DNA from: Elsinoe ampelina
Lineage: Eukaryota
Direction: 5' to 3'
DNA: 64,000 nt
Assembly (NCBI GenBank): GCA_010093995.1
Contig: ML992504.1
Span: 992,001 to 1,056,000, forward strand
Shown here: one piece after another, positions 49,261 through 60,315 of the stretch
Numbering within the stretch: position 1 is the first letter of the stretch
Layout: every line of letters begins with the position of its first letter
Position numbers and translations under genes: made by a program
The notes under the pieces: model-generated
Database searches by the model: none
Told to the model about the DNA's origin: nothing
The model's input: the letters and a program-made list of their open reading frames with translations, nothing else

Positions 49261-49768
49261 AGTAAATATTTAATTAAATTTGACAGGGTCGTAATAGTAT
49301 AGCAGGGTTCTAATCAAACTACATAGTAACTGCAAGCTTATATATATCAAAGCTGCCATCATTGTTGCTAGTTTGAATAGTAACAATAGTGACAATAGTA
49401 ACAATATAAAGACCTAAAAGCGGCAAGGAACAATAAACACCCACCGGATTAAGCCTTACTCTTAGCAGCTTAAATAGAGGACAATAGAGATCTATTCTGA
49501 CAGTATTCGCAGTGCATTCGCCGCCGCAGTCGCATGATGTAGGCAATATCAAGGTGTTAGAGGTAGGAGTACTAGCGGAGTGCCAAGCACCTCGCCGCCT
49601 AGCCGCTGTAACACGCACTAATTACGCCAGCACTAAAATCAGCTCAAAAAAAATGCTTGAAGTTGGAGGATGATAGAATAGATTAATCTGATCAATTTAC
49701 TGTTAATTGTATATCAATATTGACAGAATTGAGGGAGTTAGAGGCCTCCAAACTTTGATGATTTGGGG

Positions 49769-49815
49769 ATTTGAGTGTTTTGATGGTTTTGACGGTTTTG
49801 GCGGAAGCTACCGTA
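49769..49815 (-). repeat. Right TIR with CAAAACnnT subrepeats
   Basis: Reverse complement reads TACGGTAGCTTCCGC CAAAACCGT CAAAACCAT CAAAACACT CAAAT. Confidence 0.9.
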
Positions 49816-50089
49816 TGCACGACCGTCATTTCGGACAAACTCTCCTCTCCAAATGGACGCGACCTCGCCAGAAAAGTCTCACACCTACATCTCCAAAAAG
49901 TTTACCATCCACTACACGCTGAGGGACTCTCAGAACTCTGGCGCTTGGTATTGCACACGTCTTGGTCCCAGTGCGAGGTCAGACCGTGCTGATTATAGGG
50001 GCTCACGGACTACATAAAGCACTCAAGGTATGCCTGCGGGTTTGTAGACCATCTTTAACAACCGTATCTCGATCGTCCTTCTTCTTACC

Positions 50090-51502
50090 ATGCATTTCTT
50101 GCCCCTCCTGACCCTCGCCTCACTGGCGTCAGCGACACCTTTCGTCAAAAGGCAAAGCGGTGCACAGTGCAGCATTGCTGCCTATGACAGCAAGACAAAG
50201 GCATACTTCTACCAGAAGGGCGCCTCCATCGCTACGTCATCTGGCTGTGGCACCAAGTGCAATTCAGATAGCAAGTGCAAGAGCTTTGCTGTCGGGAATG
50301 GCGCATGTCTGCTGTACACTGTGCCTGTGTATGTCTTCTCAAAGACGATTCGATGACATGCACTGATCATTGTCCAGAGCTGGCAATATCGAAAAGAATG
50401 CCAACAGCCCTTATCGTTTCTTCGACAAAGCATGTACGACGACCACTACTACGACTCGGACTACGACCACGACAGCTACCACGCCGACCACCACCACAGC
50501 TGCGTGAGTGTCTTCGCTTCCATGATCTGGTTGAGATGGCGCTAAAATCCATTCAGAACCACGACCATTTCCACGACAGCAACCACGACGGCAGTTTCGA
50601 CTACGGCTACCGCCTCGCCTACGCCGAGCCTTTGTGGGCTAAGAGGCTACGACAAGAATGCACCAAAGGCCTACTCAGCAATTCAGCAGAGCTCGCTGAC
50701 TGCCTGCGCCAACAGTTGCCAAGTGTCGCTGTCGTGCAAGACGTTCGCCTACGGCCAGAGCACTTGCTACCTCTACTCGACAACCCTCCCGGTCAACTAT
50801 CGCGCTGGTAAGAACATTCCTCCGATCTGTCCAGCCCTCGGCGAGATGGTCACTGCTAAATATTCCTAGACGACACATCCATTTTCGCCTTCTACGCCAA
50901 GGGCTGTAGTGTGGTAAGTATATGCGGCCAGGTAGGCCTCAGGTCAGGGAGCTGATCTAATCCGGCGACAGAACCCAGCTACGACGACAACAACCACCAC
51001 TACAGCGACCACGACTACGTCAACCACGACCACACCAAGTACTACTCCTGCCACTACACCGAGCACTACACCTGCGACTACACCTAGCACTACTCCTGCC
51101 ACTACACCGAGCACTACACCTGCGACTACACCTAGCACTACTCCTGCCACTACACCGAGCACTACGCCTGCCACTACACCGAGCACTACGCCTGCCACTA
51201 CACCGAGCACTACCCCTGCCACCACACCGAGCACTACCACCTCTTCCACGGCTGCAGCTTCGCCGACATGCATCTATGCCGGAGTACCAAATGGGCAGCA
51301 AGATGGTCTTGTTACTGCGACAAGTGCGCTAGACTGCAAAGCTCAATGTATAGCGAGACCAGTTCCCTGCTTGGCCTTCGTGTATGTTTCAATCGAAGAG
51401 GACAATTGTTTCACCCTCAACTATCGATTGAATCTTCCGGGCGACCTGACCTACGTCCCTGGTTATTTTACTGGCAATGCCGACTGCGTTGAAGGCGCTT
51501 GA
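50090..51502 (+). CDS. Secreted mucin-like protein with three Cys-rich PAN/Apple-like modules and Thr-rich linkers
   Basis: Signal peptide and KR; modules CSIAAYD..CGTKC..CKSFAV..CLLY, CGLRGYD..CANSC..CKTFAY..CYLY and CIYAG..CKAQC..CLAFVY..CFTL; four short introns (first 50329-50377); TGA ends 51502. Confidence 0.75.
51030..51238 (+). repeat. Coding minisatellite, 24-bp unit (TTPATTPS), about 8 copies
   Basis: ACTAC(T/A/G)CCTGC(C/G)ACTACACC(G/T)AGC repeated in tandem. Confidence 0.9.
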
Positions 51503-51875
51503 GAAACGTGGAAGTACACTGGACAGGGTTGCGTCCGATAGTCCGGGTCGCGACTACATAGATTAGATATTCTCTATACTACTACTAGTAGAGATGAATG
51601 GAGATTTTACGATCACACTCAGCTGTCTTTACGTGATTGTACTATTCTATACTATTTGTGATCATGGATACCATCGATGGTTATTATTATCGTCCCTCAT
51701 TACCAACACCGATGAGATTCCCTCATGGGACCATGCGGGTCGTACCCATGTGGGATAGGCAGGGAAGAAACCCCCCGCCGAAGCCCGGATGAAAACTCCT
51801 TCTTCTACATGAGTGGCCGAAATCCTGCAAACACACATGCCCTAGACAATTTATCCTACGCACCTCATAGACGGG

Positions 51876-53523
51876 ATGGGCCCCAAGTCGAGACTGCCGC
51901 CCAAGAAAAAGTGCAAGCAGAGTCAGAAAAATGTAAGAATCCTGCCGTGGCATCCACTCTCTGATGCTGACTGGTTTTCAGTCGCCGGAGAGCGCAGATG
52001 ATTTTCAAGCAGGTAGAGATGTGACGACGATCATTCTATGGTGAAGCATTCTAATGTTCACTAGCAGCTGATGCTGAAGAAGAGACCGGCGGAAAGTGGC
52101 GAGCGGGTGACAAGGCAAAGTCATGCCGGGCATTTCTGAGAGCGATTGAGATATACGATCGCGGATTAGGACGACACCCTCGAAATTTCGATCTCGCATA
52201 CAACAAGTAGGATATAGATGCCCTCGAGACTAATTGTATTATCTGACATTGCACAGGGCACGCCTAGAGTTTGAAGTATCGCAACAGCCGAATCTGGTGG
52301 CGAAGCTCCCGATACCATTACACGAATTTCTGGAACAAGCTTTCAAGTCACACAGATACGCCTTGAGCTTGAATGAGGAGAACACCGACATACTATTCAA
52401 TACTTCTCAGATACTAGTCGCACGAGCAGAGCTGATAGAGGAAGAATCCGATGGCGAGTCTTTCGACCCATCGTTACCTGCGTCTTGGTTACGGGAAGCC
52501 CTTGAACTGCTGGACGCATGTTATACCCGCCAGGAAATGCTCTTCGAAGAGCAAAACCAAGCATGGAATACTCGCGAGGAAGACGGAGGAGTCTCACTCC
52601 CTTCAATTCCTCGTTCAGCCACACCTTCATCGGCTACGTCAGCCATGTCCGAGCAGTCCGCGATCGTGCAAAATGCTGTGACAGCTCAAGATCTACTGGA
52701 CACAGCATCAGCAAGCCTGTCAGCTCTCACGCAGCTCGTGTCGTTGGATGCAAATGGTGCTCAGACTATCGCTTCGCTGGCCGAGGTGCTCTTGACGACC
52801 AAGATCCCGTTCTGCATATCTCAGCTTCCACCAGAAGATCAAGATGCCTCAAGAGAGGAAGCAGCGCTAGCTCAGGCTTCCTTCACGGCCGCTCTCGCAG
52901 ATGTCGAGTACACCCAGCAACGAATCTCAAAGGATACATACCTCGAACGATTATCCATTTTCGAATCACTCAATCTCCAAACCACGGAGGTCCAGTGCGA
53001 CTACGCCGATGCCATGATCACATTCGCAACATCTATACTACCCAGCGACCCCCAAAAAGCAGAGCCTGAAACACTCGCAGCTCTAGAAAAAGCCACAGCT
53101 CTGTACCAGGCAGCTTCATCAACCCTCCGCAAACCTTCCAGCGGGAAACGAGATGCTGACGGTGCACTGTCACTCAGCCTCACCCCGAAGATCGACCCAG
53201 AACAAGAACAACGGCTCGCTTCTGCCATCGAAGCAAGTGCTGATGCACGAATGCTAGCTAACCGTATCACTGGTTCCGGACACATCATCCAGCAGATCCC
53301 CATGACGTACAAAGACGCCGAAACTTCGTACATCAAAGCAGGAGACGACATCAGCGCAGCAAAAGCCAGCATCAAATGGCTCATCAGCTCCCATCTCAAC
53401 AACGATAAAAGGGTCTTGGGCAACGAGCTGGCCAAACGCGGTCCTCTTGCCGTAAAGGTCCTCCGCTCGATGATCGACGAACAAGTTCTCGGCATGGAGT
53501 GGAAAGAGCTCATAGCGTTATAG
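51876..53523 (+). CDS. Conserved fungal helical-repeat (TPR-like) protein
   Basis: Spliced 5' exons MGPKSRLPPKKK.., EEETGGKWRAGDKAKS.RAF.RAIE.YD.GL..FDLAYN join to ARLEFEVSQ..SHRYALSL...NTDILFNTSQ. Confidence 0.7.
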
Positions 53524-53658
53524 AGATGGTCATTGCGAAAGGGTATATACCTCTCCTCAATCCCAGCCGTTACAAAAGAGCGTATCCATCATGTCATAAT
53601 CTTCATCATCGTCTCCATCCTCATAATCATCGACATCATCTTCTCCATCATGACCCAT

Positions 53659-56510
53659 TCACCGTCTAGGCACATCAACCCAAACCCCCTCCTCATCCCC
53701 CCTATCCATCACCCCCAACTCCTCCTCCCTCCCCTCTAATCTCGAGAAATATCCATCCCCAAGACACTCCCTATAATCCCCCGCCCACCTCGCGCTCCCA
53801 CCCAAACTCACCGTCCCGGGACTCTCCACCACGGGCGTCAACCCCGTATTCGCCGTCGCCTGACTCCCCTCACTCCCCGCGTAAAAATCAGAGTACGCGC
53901 TCGTGACGCTATCACCCGACGAACAACTCATCCGTCCATTCCCTCCCTCGTCCCCATCCCCGTCCCCGCCCCCGTCGCCACCCTCTTCCTCCCCCCCTGA
54001 ACCCGCCAGGGACGCACCACCGTCGTCGTCTCCAGATTGGCTGTACGCCTCGTATATCCCCTCCCAGCACACCTCCACTTCTCCTGCCCCCTTGGAAGAA
54101 GGCGAGCCAAAGTCGAACCCGAGGTCGATCTCGAAGCACATCTTCCCGGCGCCGGACACGTCGTCGGTGGCTTGGCTGGATGCGTCGTCGAGCCAGGCGC
54201 CGCTGCCTGCTTCTGTGGCGTCGAGTTCGAAGGGACCCTTGGGGGCAGCGGGGAACGAGGTGAGGGCGAGCATGTCCTCGAGTTCGAGGGTGGGGGTGCG
54301 AGCGCCGGCGGGGAGTTCGTGCGCTTCGTTCGCGAAGGGGGATTGTTGGTGGTGGGGGAGGTGGAGGTAGAAGGAGTCTGTGGTGGAGGATCCTGAGGGG
54401 GAGAAGGAGGTTTCGTCGACTTCGACGGGGGATTGGAGGTGGCTGTTGCCTTTGGGGGAAGAGTTGGGGAGGCGGGTTCGGAGTGAGAGGGAGGAGCGGC
54501 GGTTGAGGAGGGATGTGGCGCGGGAGAGTGAAGGGGAGGAGATGCGGAGTGGTTGTGGGGTGAGTGAGAGGCCGCTGTCCTGCCGGGCGTGGTTGTTGGT
54601 GCGGGTGGGAGATTTGGAGAAGTAATCGTCACGGGAGCAGTCGGGTTGCAGGTCTGTGGGTGTAGAGGGGAGGGAGCGTTCGGATGGTGTTTGTGAGCGG
54701 AGAGCGGGGTGGACGGAGAGTACAGAGTCTCGGCCGGATGTCCACGGGATAGGAGGGACTGCGCAGCAGGCTTGGTAAGGGACGCTGCCGTTGCCGCCTG
54801 GGACGAACTGGGGCGGAGAGGCGGTGATGGAAGTGAGCATTTGAAGAGTGTAGTAGATCATGATCCAGCGGACTTTGCGGGCATCGGATATGGCAAGGTC
54901 GGGTTCGAGGTGGAGGATGGATTCTTGCTCAAAGATGAGGTAGCTTTGGACCAGGGAGTTGCTTTTCATGTCGGTGGTCACCTTGTTCGTTGCTGCGTCA
55001 AGACCAGATCGTGCACAAGCATACAGCTCTCGCCGTGAGGCTCGCGAGCCCAGGAAAGATCTCAGTCCACGTGAGTTGAAAGCTTTGCCATCGAGAGTAC
55101 CGTATTGCGGCATCAAAGGAAGAGGATGTGGCTGTTCAGTATACGAATGCCACTCGTCAAAGGCGCCGACGTTCTGGAGCACGCAGAGACCTCCGGAGGT
55201 AGCATTTGGTAGATTGGGGAAAGAATCTTTGTCGACCAACAAGGCATACAGCGACGAGAAGTCACGATGCATGGCTGCTAGAAGATCTTTTGTGAATTCG
55301 GGTGGTGGCCAATAGCCAAGCTTGCCCACGTAGAAGCTGTGAATGAAGGATCGGAAGCGATCGAGATGTGCACGTTGGGAGACGGTGAGTCCCAGATGCG
55401 CAGGTGACAGTTCGTCCTCCAAGAAGATGGCGAGTGCTCGAGTGGTCTTTGTGACGGCCAGATCCGTCTTCAGGTAAGCTTTGGTGATTGATGCTTGCGT
55501 CTGCTTTGAGATGGAGTCCAGCTCCGAGCTCTGGTACAATATATCATTCATGCCAGCGCAGTGGACGAAAGCGTTAGTCCAGAGATCACGAATCCTGAAG
55601 TGCTCAGCAAAGCCAAGCATGGCCAGCGCATGATCTGGATGACTATTCATATCGGTGTAACCCATGCGATCCGCATAGGTCAAGCAGTCCTTGACACTGT
55701 CCAGTGTTGCGGGACGGATGGTGAGAAGTCGCTCGAGAAGATCAATCATTGCTTGACCAAGCGAGTAGCCTACGAGAGGCTTGTTCATCATCCATGCAAA
55801 GATGTTGCGAGTAGTGATGTGGTAATTGAGTGACTCCTCTCGGGTCAGATAGTCTGGTGCGGCGATGAACAAGCTCTGCGTGTCCTGCTGAGAGCCAATG
55901 CTCGAGTAGCCGCTATCTGACGAGGGTGATTCACTTCCAGAGGACTCTCTACGACTGCTGAGCGCTGCCAGACAACCGGACTCTGAGACCACAGCAAAGG
56001 GGACCTTCAAGGCAGGACCTCGCTGTGACCTCCCGCGACCATGGAAGTGGACCGCACAAGTGGCTTCCTGATCATACAGCTCCGCGTCCTGGGCGAAAGT
56101 TAGTGGGCTTTGTCGAACATGGTTGCTGTGTCACATACCCGTCGCAAGTTGTCCCACTGGGCTGCTGTGCGAGTTGAGCCATCCCATCGCTTGATGGTAG
56201 CATTCTTCCTTTGAGTCGTCGGGGTCCTTCGCACAGGCTGGATACCGGCCAGCTTGGGCAGGCTGGGCACTGAAGACTTTCTTTGTGACATGACGCGAGA
56301 GAAGTTGGGTACACTTGGACTGCTTGACACCGAGCATGCTCGTGACCTTGTTATAGGTGAGATGGGTGCGGTATCAGTCAGTCTTCCCCGAGTGGCTGGC
56401 TCTAGAGGCGACACTGGAGGCGAAGGATATATTGGGGCTGTGGTCTGGATAAAGTCCTGGAAACCTGGAGCCATGGTTGACGGGCCTGTCGATGTCGGGG
56501 ATTGAGACAT
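53659..56510 (-). CDS. Conserved Pezizomycotina protein of unknown function
   Basis: Exon 1 ..IKRWDGSTRT..WDNLRR, intron, then D.EL....C.VHF..RGRS.RGPALKVPF, HITTRNIFAW, AFVHCAGM, LDRFRSF.HSFYV.KLGYWPP and ARKVRWIMIY. Confidence 0.75.
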
Positions 56511-58195
56511 GGTAGGTTATGACGAGTGGTTCACGAGGATTGACATGATGGAAGGAGAAGCAGTGTAAAGTAGGAGGAACAGGAACCGCCCAGGAGATAT
56601 AGTACTAGGCCATGGTTCAGCCAGAGTTAAACGAGATGGAGCACGCGAAGCACCCACCCTAGATTGAAAAGCGCCAGACGGAACGTGGCGAGCTGTTTCT
56701 TGTGTCATGGACAGGGAGAAACGGAGGTGAGCGAGCGAGCGTGAACCCCTCCAAAGTACCAACGGAATTGATGCATCGAGGCCGTAGCTTCATCATGGGC
56801 CGAGCTGTAAGCCCGCATGGAGGGGAGCCAATCCAGCACGTCCTCTGATGGTCTCAGGGTGGCTGACCACGTTGACGGGACCCGCCCAGAAGGACCTAAA
56901 AGGACCTGCGAAAAATGCGTACCATGGATGGAAGTCATGCCGCCTCTTCTTGGCATGCACTTCCGATTCGGGATCCCTTCTTTCCCATTTGGGATGGCCA
57001 TGGGCCCAGTCGAATGGGCCGAGTCGCGCCCCAAGCGCGATTTTTAATCTATGTATCCCGTTCCCAAGCTATGGGCGAGGTGCTTCGATGGGCAGAAAGC
57101 CACCTTGAAGCCATGGACACTGAGTCGTTCTCGTGAGCAGGATGAAGAGCTGGTCCAACGCCTTTCTGCAATATTCCATCGTCCGACTGGGATGCTGGTC
57201 CAACCGTAGCGGGCTTGCATGGCGCGTTCCGACGCGAAGAAATGCAAGATAGCCGTTGGGCAGCTCCGAAGCCTGTCGTCGTACACGTTCACAGTTCACA
57301 CTACTCGTAACTTACGCGCAGAACCTGGACATACACCCCTGTCTTACCTCGCAGTCGGACGGGGTTCCGAGTGCCGCGTGCAGACGACGATAGGCCGTTT
57401 GAACTGCCATATCGGACGTGGTCATCAGGGGAAGTGTAGATGGATGATGCGATGCTTGCAAAGACAGGCGATCACACTGGCCCGGGGAGTGAGAGGCAGT
57501 CAGAGCCAGTCTTCCGGATCGGTGTGCAGCGTTTTCGTCTTTCGTGCTGAGTGGCGTCGAGGCTTCTTTTACGGCCCAAGTGTGGCTGATCCAGTTCGGT
57601 CTTCTTCTTTATCGCTACCAGTCATGTTCCCTTCAATTGCTGACATTCCATCTATTCTGTGAGCCTGTTTTCTCGTCCTCGTCGCCATGGTCTAGACATG
57701 AAGCTGTCCACCCTTGGAACACACATCACTCGATGATGCTGTCGTTCTCGACCTGCAGCTTCGGATCACCAGGCGTTCGTCCGAGGTTCCCACTCTTACC
57801 CCTTCGTTTCAGATCTTGTCATTCCGGACTTTGCATCATGACCAGATGCCTGGAGTCTTCATCTATTCGATCGACCGCTATCGAGACTGTGCGCAATCAC
57901 GCGAAGGCTTCATATTTTTGCGGTCAGCTCTCCAATGACAACATTTGACGGTAGATGGCTTGCGCCTGGAACGATACACGGTATACGGACGTAGCTGACT
58001 TGCACCCTTCTTTACTCAAATCCTCTACTACCAAGACCAGTGGCGCATCAAGAATTCTCAGTATCGAGCAAGCAATCCTCGGCAGCTCCCCACGGCCAAT
58101 TTGACATGCGTCCCACAGCTGCAGGCCTCTGAAACGACAAACCCTGTCAAGGACATCTCATTCTACAGCCTGTCCCGCTCACCACACCACGGACT

Positions 58196-60240
58196 TTACC
58201 TCTTCATTACCTCGACATCCACAGTCTGCGTCTCTTGTACTATCACCATGTGCGTCGTCATCTCCACCGCCAGTTGCGTGTGAGTCACCATGACATTCTC
58301 GACTACGACGCCCTTCTCACCCCCTGTCCCGCTTTCGACAGGTGCCGCAATCTCAGCAGGTGGAGTAGGATGTGTGTCCACCCCCAGGATCTCTGCCTTT
58401 GCTAGCTCTGCCTCGTACTTTTGCTTCTCGATTGCCGCCAATCTCGCAACTTGTTCTGGGTCAATCGGTGCTGGTGGAACAGAACTCTCCAACGCGGCTC
58501 GGACTTTTCTGACCTCGTCAATGGCCTGAGTCATTTCAAGTCGCGACCAGCTGGCTTGCAGCACAAGAGACTTTAGTCTGCTTGTTCTGTCCTCAAGCTT
58601 TTGAACATCTGTCGCAGACTTGTCCGTCGAAGTCATGATCACTTTTTCAGCAGAAAAGATGGCTTCGTGTGCTTCTTTCAGGAGCTGCTTGTTGGACTCT
58701 TGAGTGACTGCATCCAGTGCTGATCTCGCCTGCATCGTGTCAGAAACAATCACCAAGTATCGACAGTGAATCCCACCTGGTTCAGTGCTTCTATTCCCTC
58801 CTCGATCTTTGCCACATCCACGTTCTGCGTTGCAACAATCCCCTTCAGCTTCTCCACTTTCTCCTTGATCCCGTTCCTCTCCCCCTCTTGCAACCTCATC
58901 TGATACTCCGCCAACTCCACCTCTGTCTTCTCCCACAGCCCCGTCGCCTTCCCTTTGGCCTCGACCAACACCCTCGCCCCCTCACTCCTCCTCCCCCTCT
59001 CCTCCATCCAAAACTCCCTCGCCTCGGTCGGATAACTCGTATGCCTCACCTCAATCTCCCAATCCGGCAAATGCTCCTCGGCCCTCTCAAGCCAATACAA
59101 CATCCTCTTCTCCCTATCCCCGACACCAGCAAAATGCACCAAAAAATCCCCCCTCCTCACCTGAAACGGTGCCAAAGTCTCATTATGCTCCCCCTGATAC
59201 GCATTAAACCACCTCTGCGGCGCCCACACCACATTCCCCCTGAACCTCGCATCCTTCAACAACTCATCCATGGCAGACTGATCCCTAAACACCAACGGCG
59301 CCTCGGGCCTATAAAACCGAAAACTCACAATCGCAGCAAACAACTCGACCGACCACTGACACACCCTGACGGGGAAAACCCCATTATTCAACCCATTCCA
59401 ATCCCTCGTCACGAGCAGATTCACATCGTCAAACTCGGGGCTAGGCGGCAGGAACGTCTCCACCGGCACGTACGGGTTCAGCAGCACCGTGTCGGCGTCC
59501 ACCCACAGCAACCACTGCAACCTCTCCGCTTCGGGCTTGGCGAGTTCCCGGAGGAGCAGGGCGAGGATGAACCCGGGTTTGCTCCATACGTCGTCTAGGA
59601 TCCCGTGACGTAGTACGTGTAAGGGGTACCCGTGCATGCGGTCGTGCGTGATGTGTGTCTTGAGTGCGCGCTCGTAGATGGCTGCTCCGCCGAAGATGAT
59701 GGTTACTTTGCCGACTGAGGGGCGTGCGCCGAGGAGGTCGGAGCCGGATGGGTGGTAGGTTTCGGTGGTGTTGGGTGGGGAAGAGAGGTTGAAGGTGTCG
59801 AGGGTGAAGGTCGCCGGGTAGGTTTTGTTGGGGGACGAGGGGCGGAGCGGGTGTAGGGAGGAGAGGTGTCCCGAGACGGCGTGGCGGAGGTCCGAGAGGG
59901 CGGATTTGATGGAGGGGGACTTTGGGGGTGCGTGGGGTGCGTGGTGGGCGTTGTAAGCAGGGGGAGGGGAGGGATGGGTGGGGTCGTTGTATGCGGTGTG
60001 GGCGTCGAGGGGGGCTTCGAGGATGTCGGCTGAGGGATAGTCGTATTCGGCGCCGTCAACTTGGGGGCTGCTACTCAGACTGGATGTGAGGAAGTAGCCA
60101 AGTAGAATACAGAGACAGGCAATGGCGGCGAGACGAGCGCGGCCTGCACCAAATGTGCCGACAGTGCGCGCGCGCTGTTTGACCCATCGTGGAAGCTCGT
60201 CAACGTTGACGCTAATGAGTGGAGAGGACGGCGACGACAT
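58196..60240 (-). CDS. GT34 glycosyltransferase (Mnn10/Gma12-like) with coiled-coil C-terminus
   Basis: Type II TM anchor; YERALKTH, WSKP, WLLWVDADT (DxD), DWNGLNNGVF, DQSAM, QRWFNAY and GDFLVHFAG; intron 58730-58776. Confidence 0.88.
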
Positions 60241-60315
60241 TTTTTGCGAGTGTACAAAAGAGATGAGAAAAGAGAACCGTGTCAAGAATGCCATTGCTCA
60301 GGGACATTGCTTATC

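Larger units (their letters stand above)
44161..49815 (+). mobile_element. TIR DNA transposon (DDE, IS3/IS481-like, IS3EU-type), RIP-inactivated
   Basis: Inverted termini TACGGTAGCTTCCGCCAAAAC (44161) / GTTTTGGCGGAAGCTACCGTA (ends 49815), each flanked by TGCA. The interior is AT-shifted, TpA-rich and full of TAG/TAA stops, with a degraded transposase. Confidence 0.9.

Noticed and set aside
44161..49815. LTR retrotransposon or Starship identity for the AT-rich element
   Set aside because: Ends are inverted rather than long direct repeats; no RT, RNase H, gag or tyrosine-recombinase motifs; too small for a Starship.
50944..51273. Hydrophobic (GVVAGVVL)n minus ORF
   Set aside because: It is the antisense reading of the TTPATTPS minisatellite.
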